A DNA stretch of 56,064 nucleotides, counting the filler, from Platydemus manokwari (lineage: Eukaryota): the NCBI GenBank assembly GCA_037951405.1. It is 5 parts of 5 records of this genome, joined end to end, with 100 filler letters (N's around TTAATTAATTAA, not from the genome) between each part and the next. Parts side by side here need not be neighbours in the genome. Positions count along the whole stretch, not along the records: positions 37,425 to 46,545 come from JBBMOY011296317.1; positions 46,646 to 56,064 come from JBBMOY011251985.1; 3 more parts are not named here. The stretch is one strand, 5' to 3'. Each line of letters opens with the position of its first letter. Within the stretch, counting starts at the first letter, position 1. Shown here in pieces: positions 41,421-54,400 of this stretch. Below the pieces are notes generated by a model. That model was not told the origin of the DNA, did no database searches, and saw nothing but the letters and a program-made list of their open reading frames with translations. The position numbers were made by a program, and so were the translations under genes.

Positions 41421-42691
41421 TCCAAGTATTGAATTCCATTGATTTTCATTTAGTTTGACAAAATTTGACAAAAAAGTTGAATTTAATTGATTTTTCTCTT
41501 AATCTTTAATAATAAATTCATGAAATTTACTTTATTGGTAGAATATTTCCGATTCTTCTTAGCGGCAGATTTAATTTATTCTCTCACTTTTCTCTATCAA
41601 GTCTCAGGTTTTTGTGTTCCTGAAAATTGGATGTTAAGCAAGCCGAATATTTTAATTTCAATTTTTGGTGCTTTGTTTAAAAAGTAGTATGTCGCTCGTG
41701 TTTGCTAGTGAGTAAAAAGGTTAGGTAATAGTCTGGTAAATGTGATGTAATAGTTCCAAATTAAGAAGATTATTTTGGTGTACATAAAAACCTAAAAGTT
41801 CCTTAGATTTCGCTTTGGTAAGAGTATTGATTCTGTTATCTTTGCTTTGTTCTTTTCAATATCAATAAAAAGAGCCTTAATGTACTTGTGTAACTTTATC
41901 AAAATCAATAGTGACAGTCCAGTTTAAAGAGTGATATCCTTTGCGAGTTTCATTATTAATAATAAAGAAACTATTTGAATTTCGAAAGAAGAATATCAAA
42001 CAGTAAATAAAAATAAATGAGATAGCAATGTTCATTATATTTCAAATGATAGACATGTTGCCGATGTTAAAATGATAAAATAAATGAATAATATTACAAA
42101 TCCAACATTTAGAGAATATTTAGAAAGAGATTTTCTCAATTTTTATAATTAATTTATAAAAATAACCAATGACATTATTAAACATATCTGTAATTAACTA
42201 ACTCGATTTATCATTATGAAAAATTAAATTTAAAAACTCAAATAATCATATACGATCGCTGTTATTAGAATAGGAACTTGGCTTTCAAGCTATTTTGTCA
42301 CTAATAGATATCTTAAAATTGATATTTTTACTGAAATACACGAATAAATCAAACATAGCAGTTATACACATAAAATTAAGTTATAACATTGTCTAATGCT
42401 CGAAAATTTATTATAATAAAAAAACTCTTTTTCTTAACTTAAGCCGTAAATTATAATTGTGAAACTTTTACAAAATAATAATATTAATGGTTAAAAATTA
42501 AAGTCAGTTGTAAAGACATTGAAGATTTTGTAAAATAATTTTGTTCTAAGTCATTCTGACGTTATTTTATTAATATTTCTGTATTTTTATTTAAAAATAA
42601 TTTAGACCAATAGTATTTAGAAGAAAAAAACTTTATTTATTTATTTGTTTCTTTTATGAATGATATTTAATTATTTTTAAAAAAACATATA

Positions 42692-44666
42692 ATGCAAAAT
42701 ATATCAGTGGAACATAATAGAGAATCAAATGACACTTATAATGAAAAAATTAAGCTAAGTGAGACACGAAATAAATTCGAAACATCTACTGAGCACATTA
42801 TGTATTTAGTCAATAATAAAAATTAAGTGTCTAACGAAACTGAACAAATAATAACAAAAGAAAATATTGTAAATCAAACTATAAAAACTACGCAAAATAA
42901 AAGAATTATTGATTCTTACGAGACTAAATTGAAAGCCGTTGTAATGTATCAAGAAGGATTTACGTTGCACGAAATTGCGAATAAATTTAAAACGTCTTAC
43001 AATAATGTCTGGTATTAGGTCAATAATAAAAATAAAATATTAGAGAAATTTGTTAAAAGCAGAGATCAGATATCACCGGACGAATTAAAAAGATTAGAAA
43101 ACATTATAAATGGAAGCAGGCAAGTTTTGCAAAATGAGGAATTTAAGATTTTTGAAAGTAAATTGAAAGCCATTGAAATGTATCAACAAGGAATTGATCT
43201 TAAAGTTATAGCCGAAACGTTTAAAACGAGTTACCAGCAAATTTATTATTTTGTCCATAGAGAAAGTAAGATATTAGAAAACGCGTTTGATAAACGTAAT
43301 CAGTTATCACCAGAAGAAATAAAAAGGTTAGAGAATATTAAAAATGGAAACCAAGATGTCTTCCAAAAGAAACCACGTATTTCTGCAGAGACTAAATTGA
43401 AAGCCGTTGAAATGTATCAAGAGGGTATCTCATTGAAAGCGATTGAAGATATTTTGCAAGTCTCCTTCAACCACATTAGGTATTGTATCAATAATAAAAA
43501 TAAGATATTAGAAGAATTTGTTAAAAGCACAGATCAGATATCGTCGGACGAATTAAAAAGATTGGAAAACATTATAAATGGAAGCAGGCAAAACTTGCAA
43601 AATAAAAAAATTAAGATTTTTGAAAATAAACTGAAAGCCATTGAAATGTATCGAAATGGAATTGATGTTAAAGTTATAGCTGAAATGTTTCAAACAAGTT
43701 ACCAGCATATTTATTATTTAATCGATAGAGAAAGTAAGTTATCAGAAAAAGCCTTTAACAAATGTGATCAGATATCACCGGACGAAATGAAAAGGTTAGA
43801 AAATATTAAAAATGGAAAACAAAATGTCTTCCAAAAGAGAACACGTATTTCTGATGAGATTAAATTGAAAGCTATTGAGATGTATCAAGAAGGATTTACG
43901 TTGCACGAAATTGCGAATAAATTTGAAACGTCTTACAATAATGTCTGGTGTTGGGTCAATAATAAAAATAAGATTTTAGAAAATTTTGTTAAAAGCAGTG
44001 ATCAGATATCACTGGACGAAATGAAAAGGTTAGAAAATATTAAAAATGAAAACCAAGAAGTCTTCCAAAAGAAAACACCTATTTCTGACGAGTCTAAATT
44101 GAAAACTGTTGAAATGTATCAAAAGGGTATGTCAATGCCAGCAATTGCAGATAATTTTCAAACATCCCTCAACCACGTTTGTTATTGGGAACAAAATAGA
44201 AGTAAAATATTTGAAAATGTTTCAAAAAATAATGATCAGATCTCACTTGAAGAATTTAAAAGATTAGAAAATGTTTTAAATGGAAACAGGCGTGAGTTAC
44301 AAACGAAAAAGTGCAAAGTCTCCACAGATAATAAATTTAATTCCATTGAAATGGATAGAAAGGATTTCCAAGCAAAACCCTATCTGAAAAGCGTTGGTCA
44401 GACTGATTATAAATTATTGGAAAAAGACAAAGCACAATGATCAGATATTATTAAAGGATGGATCTGAAAGTTTAGATTTATCTGTAAATTTATTGAAAAA
44501 TGAAAGTGTATGGTTTGATGAAATGTTAGTAAAAAAGAAAAATGAAACAAAAGAAGATTTTAATAGAAAAAATACAAAGAGAAAAATAACTGACACTGAA
44601 AATACAAATGAATTCAAGAAAATACGACATGAATTTCCTATAAATATAAAATTGGAAGAAATGTAA
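42692..44666 (+). pseudogene. Tandem helix-turn-helix (CENP-B N/psq/Brinker-like) repeat protein, 78-aa period
   Basis: One reading frame from ATG 42692 through ORFs 42827-43018 and 43127-44440, with in-frame TAA 42824 and TAG 43016 and a frame change after ~44355. Repeat consensus RIS.E.KLKAIEMYQEG.....IA..F.TS...V.Y.V....KI. KLK codons fall at 42926, 43160, 43394, 43628, 43862, 44096 and 44333. Confidence 0.75.
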
Positions 44667-45789
44667 TTGCAATAGATCATTGATAGATCATTACTTTAAT
44701 TCTGTCACTTTAATCGAAATATTTAACTTAATTACTTTAATAAAATTTATGTTTTATAAATTTTCAAATACTTTCAGTTTTATTTTATTTATTATAAAAG
44801 CTTTGATTTCAGAATAGAATATTATCATTAATATCATTATCATCATTATTATTCGAAAGATTCTTAGTTATATTTAGTTAGATTTAAAAAAATTATCATT
44901 TTTGACGAAATTTAAATCTAATTTTCATATCTAAAATAATTATTGTATTTGAAGGAAAACACGAAATTATATAAATTATATAAATATAGTTTAGAAGAAT
45001 GGCTTTTGGATATTATATCTTTAATTATAAATGAAATTTTATCAGTTCGTATTTTCTCTTACTACATCGAAAAATGGATTTTCGTTTAATAAAAGTGAGT
45101 GATGAAATTTTCTGTTTATCACGTCCATAATTAATTTTTACTAGTTTCCATAATATTTATTTATATCAAATTATTATCCAAGATTTAAACAAAAACAGCT
45201 ATAAAATGTTCCCACATCATGCTTTTTAAATTCATTAGAAATTTCTTAGCAAAAACATCGTTTCTATAATTTCATCTATAAAATAAAATATCATTTTCTC
45301 ACTCTTTAAAACAATTTCAAATTTTTTTTCTTATACTAATTGTTGTTTCTCATAATTAAGTAAGGGCGAGGAAATTCAGAAATTATTGACTTTAGTCACC
45401 GTCTTTTTTGACTTAACATTTCAAAGCTTTACATTTTAACAATTTCTCTATCCTTTTACCGATGTTAACACCATTTACTGTACAATTAGGATTATTTTAG
45501 AAGAATTTCATAAGTATCAGTTTTTTGCTTTTTCAGTTTTCTTTTGATGTGAAGTTATTAAAATAATATTTTTATTTCAGAATGTGTTGTCATTCAATGG
45601 TTATTGTTGTTACAAGATTTATTCAATACAAATTTGTTGGAATTATTGGATTGATTGTGACCTGCTTGGGTCCGAAAGCTTTTGTTCGAGAAGTCATTTT
45701 TGCATTTTCATTCATTCATCTCGGCTTTTCGTTTGGTTGAAATTGTTTGATTCTATGTTGTGTTAGATAATATCTATCAAAACACTGGT

Positions 45790-46255
45790 TGAGTGAAATT
45801 GCCAGATTTTTGCCGAATGTTCAATATTTGAAATTACACACTCTTTGACCATAATCTAGATTTTTATTTTTTTTAGATTTTATTTTTCGACACGCCAATT
45901 TTTGCCAAAATTGATTCCTTTGATGCCGGAACTGTACCGAGTGAGCCTATAATGTTTGTGAAAAACTCAATATTGAAATCCGGTTTCAATTTGGCGAGCT
46001 CATTCCTAAATTCAGTATAATAAATTACATTATTTTTGTTTGGCTGCTCGAAGATTTGTATTGTGTCGATTGTACATTTCATGTCTTCCGGAAAGATCTT
46101 TCTTCGCTCTACTAATAAATCGATGCGGTCTTTTCTGTCCGGTTACAGTAAGCACATTTGGTTAACTACTACAATAATATTTTTTGATCGAAGACAGTCA
46201 ACAATTTTGTTCAGGCATGCATCATGGCGAGGAGTTTGTAGCTTTTTGTTCGCGT
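45790..46255 (-). mobile_element. RLE non-LTR retrotransposon C-terminal endonuclease fragment
   Basis: TPRHDACLNKIVD...RIDLL...EDMKCTID...IIGSLGT correspond to the RHD/RPD/D.K/GxLG motifs. Confidence 0.8.
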
Positions 46256-46545
46256 TGTAGATCGTTCGATTGATGCTAGTATGGTGAGCTGAATTCCTGT
46301 TTGATACCCAATTTTGAACACGCCTCTCACATAAATTTTCCTCCAAATTGTTTCCCGTTATCAGATAGAATGCTCTTTGGCTTTCCAAAACGATATATCC
46401 ACGAGTTCAAAATGACCTGGAAAATTGTCTTTTCGTCTTGCTTAGATGTAGCAGTGAGGCTCACTAGATTGCTGAATCTGTCGATAATGACTACTAAGTA
46501 CTTCTTGTTACTATGCATCGCGTCCATTTGTGCAATGTCCACCAC
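46256..46545 (-). mobile_element. Ty3/Gypsy integrase core fragment
   Basis: VDIAQM..KKYLVVIIDRFS...WIYRFGKPKSILSDNGKQF..ACSKLGIKQEFSSPY*HQSND matches the rve core. Confidence 0.88.
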
Positions 46546-46645
46546 NNNNNNNNNNNNNNNNNNNNNNNNNNNNNNNNNNNNNNNNNNNNTTAATTAATTA
46601 ANNNNNNNNNNNNNNNNNNNNNNNNNNNNNNNNNNNNNNNNNNNN
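46546..46645. other. Artificial contig linker
   Basis: 44 N + TTAATTAATTAA + 44 N. Confidence 0.97.
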
Positions 46646-48471
46646 ATGTTCATGTATTCCTTAATTTTAGTCAAAGTACAAAATCATGATAATTCCATTC
46701 AATCGTTAGAATATAAAGTACAATGTTATCCAGACTTTATAGCTATTTAATTCCGTTTTCACTAAAAAAAGGTTTGTTGTAACTGCCCCGATTTCATAAA
46801 TTTGTTTCTAAATAAAAAGATTTCTTAAATATATGTATTTTAAATACAAAAATAAATAAAAATCGAAAACACATCTGAATTGAATACACTAGTTTTGCAC
46901 AAAAATTTTACGGTGAGATAATGATTAGACTTCAAAATATCTTTTAATCAACGGTTCTTATTATGAAGGGAGTGCAATAGTGGAACGAAAGAAAATCAAA
47001 GAAACGACAAAACTACTGAGAAAATAAAATATTTATAAAATAAAATTGTTAGTAATCTAGTTAAATAAAAAATAATAAAATTTTCCAGAATAATTTGTTT
47101 AAATGAATCAATTTAATATTTTTGTCTGATGGAATTTTAAACAGCACCCATTCTTAGGAAAATTTTCGGTTGAAAGTCAAGTTTCGTTGATATTTTGAGC
47201 AGTGTAATTTGTGTACTGATTAATACATAGAAAAATATATTAATTGCCTTCGAAATAGGAGCCTGGGTTTCATTAATTGTTTGTAATTACCCAACAAAAC
47301 TTAACAGTCTTTTCAAATTACCATGATGGCATTAATATATCTGAAGACATACTTGTCAAAATCGAGCATACTAAATTCCATAAACATTGTTAAATAACTG
47401 ACATTGTAGTCAACATAAAACATGTAGAACAAACATTTCGCAGAATTAACAGAAAATTTTAATTGATTACCAAAAATTTTTCAATTATATTTGCACAACA
47501 AACACCATTGGAAATAATTGAAACGCATCGAAATTATTATTTAAATGTATTATTCAGAATTCTAATTTTAATGAATCCAATGAGATTTTACATCAAAGCA
47601 TAGGTCTGCAGATAATATATTGATTTCCAGAATGCCTACTAATTCTATTAATATCTACAAAAAATCTGTCCCGGATTTTGTATCATAGGATGAGTATAAT
47701 TCACTTAAAACTATCGCTATTTTTAGTAATATTTTATGCTTAATGTCACGTGGTATCTCTTAGTAGTTATTTATGAAATCTTTTTTATACTATTTTTAAA
47801 CATGACATTTCTATTTTTAGACTTTAATTGGACTTTGCTATGACCTTGAAGTCAGTAAAGCAATTGATGTGCTAAAAAAACTAAAATTTTCTTGTATATT
47901 TTTTGTTGAAAAATTTAATTTTTATTTTATTTTATTTCAAAATTTTTTAATACTTATTGTTTGATTATTTGCTTACTTGGATGACTTTGCATGGTTTCCT
48001 ACGGTACTTCACTAGGACATTTAGTAAGGAAGGAATCTCTTAGTGTTGGCAATACATAACCTTTTGATTTAGCAATAACTTTCAGTCCAAAGAGAAAACT
48101 TCATTGAATTAAATAGAAGACAATCTACTAGATTTTTTAAACGAATTTCGTTAAGTAAAAATTGAAATTCAGTATATTAATAGCTTTTCCTATTATCTTG
48201 ATAAAGTTCCATCGAAATAAATTATTTGATATATTAAAAGAATTAAGATAATATTATTTTGATTTGATAGAAATTCATCAAGAAACTTGCTACAAATTAT
48301 TTTCTAAGAAATTAAATAAAAAACAGAAACTTTGATTTAAAATCCAAATCATTTACTAGTTTCGTAAAATAAATTTGTGGTTATCCTGACCCATCATTAT
48401 CAATTCAGCACTTTAAATGAATAACAAATTATTAAAATGAATAATTGCTTACTAAATTTGTTGCATTGTAG

Positions 48472-51400
48472 ACGGACTTTGGATTTGCAAAAAAAATTGG
48501 ATTTTTAAGAAAAACGTGGACATTTTGTGGAACCCCTGAATACGTGGCACCAGAAATTATTTTAAATAAAGGACACGATTTTTCAGCAGACTTCTGGTCT
48601 CTGGGAATTTTGATGTTTGAATTACTTACTGGAACGTAAGTGATTAACTTTTATTTCAGCTTTATATGTGGAATTAAATTAAGCGTAAGATTTCAGACTT
48701 GAAACCTAAGATCAAAATATAAAAAGAAAATTTTTTATTAATTTTTTACAAAGAATTGATTTTTAAACTAACCATATTTTATAATTTAGTCCACCGTTCA
48801 GTACATCAGATGCTATGAAGACATACAATATCATATTAAAAGGTATCGAAGCCATAGAAGTACCTGTTACAATGTCGAAAAATGCTTACAATCTTATTAA
48901 AAAATTAAGCAGGTATTAAAATAAAATTTGTTATTCATCTTTCAATGTTAAATTGGTTGGTAAATATTTGACTAAAATTAATATAGTATTTCACACATCA
49001 GATGATCTAATGAAAAATATGTCATTTCGATTTCGGTAAAGCTTGGTAATATAATCCAATAAAATATTGGCAACCAAAATTGATTAGAATATAATATCTC
49101 ATAAAAAATGATGTTGGAAGAAAAAATATTAATTTACTTTAATATGATGTTTTAAATTCAATTTTTTAGTTATTTATTCTTTTAAAAAAATCATTAAAAA
49201 ATTTTCTAATTTTATTAGATGTTTAATGTATAATATGTTCAATATGTATGTTTATTTGTAATATATTAATTAAATGTTTTCGATGAGCCCATAATCGATT
49301 TATTTGAGACAATTTAGAGATTAGAGCACGCAAATAATTACTATTATTATAAAAAGTTTATCAAGAAAATTCGTAGATATTTAAATCAATTTTTAATTTA
49401 TATATCGTTATATTGTTGTTGATGCAGTTTGATAAGATTATATTAAAGGTAATCGGAATAAATTGATTTTTAGTTTGAAAAATACGTCAGTCAGAATTAT
49501 TAGTCAATCTTTTTGTAAGAGACCCTCAGTTGATGATGGATATTTGATGGATATAGTTCATATTTTTATGGAAACAGTTTCAGTTTCATTGGATATATGG
49601 CTTTGTGACCTTTCATAATGTCCGAGTTAAATGCACTAATGTTTTACTTTTTGTAATTTTTAAAAGTTGCGATGTTAAAATACAAAAGGTGGTTAAAGAA
49701 CATGTCAAATTCTTTTGGTATTTCAATTAATCAGTTGTGACAGTAAAAATTATCATAAAGTTCGGAGAAGTTTTATTTTGCTATAACAAGAAACTTTATA
49801 AAGACAATTTTTTGACAGTCGAAGATTTGGGAGAAGTCAATAAGTTTAATGAAATCAATAATATTTTATGTTTAGAGAACATTGAAAGAAATTTTGAATA
49901 ATTCAAGGCAAACATAATTTTTGAGAAAAAAGTTTTAATTTTTCAAAAAAATTGCAGATCTATTTAAGTCTACATGTACAAAGAAATTCCAAGATAACAA
50001 CTATCTCATAATTGTCAAGCCAATCAGAATTCAATGCTAAGAATTTGTGAACATCTCAAAAAAATACGATTTAGTTACTTGGAACAGTTGTTTCAATGTT
50101 TTACACATACATCCTCACACTACCATACAGGCATAGCAGTCGACCAATCAGAGCGATGCAGGTTAAAAATCCCATTTCGTTAAAAGACATAACCACCAAA
50201 CAATACACTCAATGGATTGGCCAATCCGATCACAGAAAATTGATAAACTAGATAAGAAACATTGAAATAAACCATGAAATTGAAATTTGGAATACAATAA
50301 TTTAATCAAACCTTAAGTAAAAAGTTGAGATGGCCTATTACCCGTTAAAAGCCGATTAAAACTTGTATTTCTTTTGGAGATAGTGCCGAGGTGGCTTTGT
50401 GTTGAGTAGCACTAACTGTTTTGATAATACAACTTTCCAACCTTCATTATTTTGATAAACCCAACAAATGTTTGAAACTTTTATTAAATATATTAAGGTC
50501 AGAAAAATCTATATAAATAAATCATCAAAATAATAAGTATTTAATAATTCCGAGTGTTATTAGCTGAATCAATTAAGAGAAATTAACAAATTAGCTGAAT
50601 CACTAATTGGAAAATAATAATAATACAATTAGTTGAATCAATCCAGAAAGCGATTGCCAAAATTAGCTAATAAGTCATTAATTAAAATCCAAAAACTAAA
50701 CTGACACTAGTGATCAAAGAGAAAATTGAATATTGCTAAAATAGTAAAAATAATATTTCGTTACACGATTATGTAAGCGTTTTAAAATAATATTAATTAT
50801 TGGTAATTCTTGTTTTATTATATTATGAAATTATAAAATATTTTTTTAATGAAAATAAATTATTTATGGCTGCTGTTCTGACACACACTGATAGGCAGTG
50901 GAAGCCTTAAATTTATTATTTAAGAAAAGACCAGCAATTGATTTTAAAAATATAAGACTCTCATTAATCAAGTAAGAGTCAGGACAATGTCTATATTATT
51001 TAATGAAGCTGAGTTTGCTATCAACACATTAACAAATATCTTAGAACCATCGTATAAAAAGTATTACAATAACTTATTACACATGTGCTAATCAGTTAAG
51101 TATGTGCAGCATTTTTCAAAGAAAAATTCCGATAAGTCAATAATTGATTTCATTTTTCTTTTATGATTCTTAAAAGAAAAGAATAAATTAACTTTCCACC
51201 GGCTTAGCTGTAAATTAATTAAATTTTTCTGATGTATTTATTTTATCTCATCAAAATTATGAAATTCCATCTTTTATTATATTTTATTATATCAAGAATA
51301 ATTTTTAAAAAATATAGAGACTCATTTAATGAAATTCGTTTTAAATAGTTAAATTTTAAATTATGATTTATGAACCAAACTTTTGTCCAATTAAATATCG

Positions 51401-54400
51401 ATGTTAATTAAAACAATTTAATAGTATTTCACGAAAGTGAAATTACTTATTTTTCAAGTATATCAAATTTTTTGTTAATAAAATTTGAGGTTTTCAAAAC
51501 ATGTATTCAGCAAAATCAAAGTGTAAAATTTACTTTTTGTTCGTAGAATCGATAATTGATAACTTTTAGTGTTTAATTATGTGAATTTAAGAAATAATAT
51601 AGGGCAAGTAACAGCCATAATGAATATAAATAAATTTTAAAAACAAAATGAAACAACTGAATAATAAAACAATTAATTACATGACTCCCCCGCCCAAGGT
51701 CAGATCACCTCTTTGACCATGATTGCATATGGAAATTGAATCTCTTCTTGACATTAAATTTCCCTGAGGCTCTTGTACTTTATACCACTTTTTCCCAACT
51801 TGAAATTCTAGGTGCCCACTTTATCCGATATCCTTCGTGTACATCTTGTTAAGGACCCATTCAGAATTAGCGCATACCATTTCCTTCGGTACATATTTGT
51901 AGCCACCATTTACAAGCGACTTCAGAAAGAAATTTTTCGAATCTTGTAGAGTAGCTTTGATAAAAAATTTATTTCTTAATCAGAATAATAAAAAATTTCG
52001 CTCACTACATACCGTCTCTAGTGATGTAGCTATTAAGTAGCTATTTGAGAAAATCGTGTTTCCTTTGGCATTGAAAACATCAAAGCATTGATAATTCGAA
52101 ATAATTCTTCCACGTCACTATGCTGCTCACCTTTTGATATCTTAGTTCAAAGTCGTATTCCGATAGATTGACTATCCATACTTGAAGCTGAAGACTAATT
52201 GGATTTTTTGTTGAAATTGAGAACACTAATGCTTTATGATCTGTACATACACGAAATTTCTTCTCATACATATATTCTCAGCAATGCATAACGAATTTGT
52301 GAATGGTCACAAGCACTTTTCTTGTTACACATTTGTTCACTGCTCGTCAAATACCGCGATTCATCAGTGGTGAATGCTTCTGTCTTCTATAATCTGACTG
52401 CGCCAATTGCTTTAAAACTTGCGTCAGAATCCATAATACATATTTGGTTAATCCTATAATCTGGAATGGGCCTTCACACCAAGATTTTTGTCCACGCACA
52501 TTTTTTCTCTGAAGAAAAAACATTTATCTGAATTTATATATCCAATCCAGAGGCCTGAATAATTTCAAACACTTGTTTTCCTTGTTTCGGTATATTTCAA
52601 TATGTCTTTGAGTTAAACAACAACCCTTTTAATTAACAAACTATCCAATGAAGGATGCGTCGATTTTTGAAACATTGTCTATCCTGTAGCCAACCCAAAC
52701 GGCAAGTCCTTGTGCAAAATCTTAATCTTCTGCAAGCTCAACTTGGCAGTGCCCTTGTCCGAGGTCAATCGAAGAAAAAATCTACCCACCATCTAAGCAA
52801 TTTATAAGCATGTGAATGACAAGCATTTGGTAGGAAATCTTAATGATGATTCCATTTACTTTACGAAAATCCACGAATCGATCAGTCCTTTTCACGACTT
52901 TATTCTACGGGCTCTTGCATTGCCCAATCACCCCTAATCACGTGAAATCTGAAACTAAATTGTCAATTTTCTTCTCCAAATCCATGGGTTGTCATCTCAT
53001 ATTTTGTGATATTGAACGTACAGTCGATTCGATGCCGTAAAGATTCCAGCATATGGCTTCATTAGTTTACTAAGTTCAGATTCTCTTGTGCTTTCTTAAG
53101 CAGCGACTCCAACAATATTTTGCGCAGTTGGCTTCTGGTAATATCATTAATTTTCATAGCGTGATCGTTAGCAATTGTCATAGTAAATATAAATGTATAT
53201 TTTAAAAACAGTATCAATAAATTTAATATTAAGACAGGCGATCACTTGACAGGGAATAATGATTTAATCCTTTAGTACAATTCTATTGGTTTACAATCAT
53301 CTGAAATTTCTTCAAAAAATTTTAAGGGTAAAGTTTGAATATTAAAATCATCTCTTAATAAAAAAAATTTAATATCAACTTTAATTATAAATAATATTAA
53401 TTAAAAGAAATTTAATAGAAAAAACAATGGAAAACCTTATAAATTAATTGAAAATTTATGAAAATATTTGGAATTTTTCAGTCTTAGAAAGACAAATTTT
53501 ATTAAATATCATTTTCTAAATAGTTAATTATTATCAGCATCACAGATTTTGTAGAAAAAATTCCTCTCATTTCAGCAATTGTAATCGAAAACATCGGAAA
53601 TTTTGAAAACTAATTTCTTAATATTCAAAAAAATTGTACTTATTTCTAGAACTTATGTCCAAATTTTATAACTAGAACTTTGTTAAACATTTGATCTAAA
53701 CAAAGGTATTTGTAAAAACTATTTTTAAATTACGACAAATGGATAATGCATTAACAATATTTACTATTTATTACCATTGAGAAATTATAATTACTCTGCT
53801 AATTATTATTCATTAAAAATGATTAATTCGAGGCAATATAAAAGTTGAAAAGATTATATGTATTTATTTGCCTTTCTAATTTTTACTACACAGATAAATT
53901 GAAACTCAAAATTCTATAAATAGATTTTATGGCTTAAGCAGACTTTTATTATCCTGAAAATAGTCATTCAAAAAGCATTATCAAAAAATATATATATTGT
54001 TAAAAGAAAACATTACAAGTTAATGATTAATTTGTATAAATTTTAGAGTTTTAAATACTTTAAATATTCTTAAAATAATATTTTTAATTTAACCAGATTT
54101 TTAATATTTTTAATTTAAACTTATTATTGTGTTGTTACGAGCCAAAAATTAAATCATATTTTTTATTTTCAATAAAATTCAACAAGGCATTATTTTTCTA
54201 AAAATGGTTAGCTTGGTGTAAAAACTTTACTTTCTGAATTCACATAATAAATTAATTAATTTCATTTTATATATTCACAAGATGGCTAGAAATAATTTGA
54301 AAAATATTGAAAGTATTGTTTCTATATTTTATAGTAAAATTCTTGTTCGAATAACAAATAAATACAAGAAAATAATGAGTTTCAGACACGAATTCGGAAC

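Noticed and set aside
47100-47780. hAT transposase relic
   Set aside because: Only faint motif order (SDG, ITD, CTTNT) and no termini; too weak to call.
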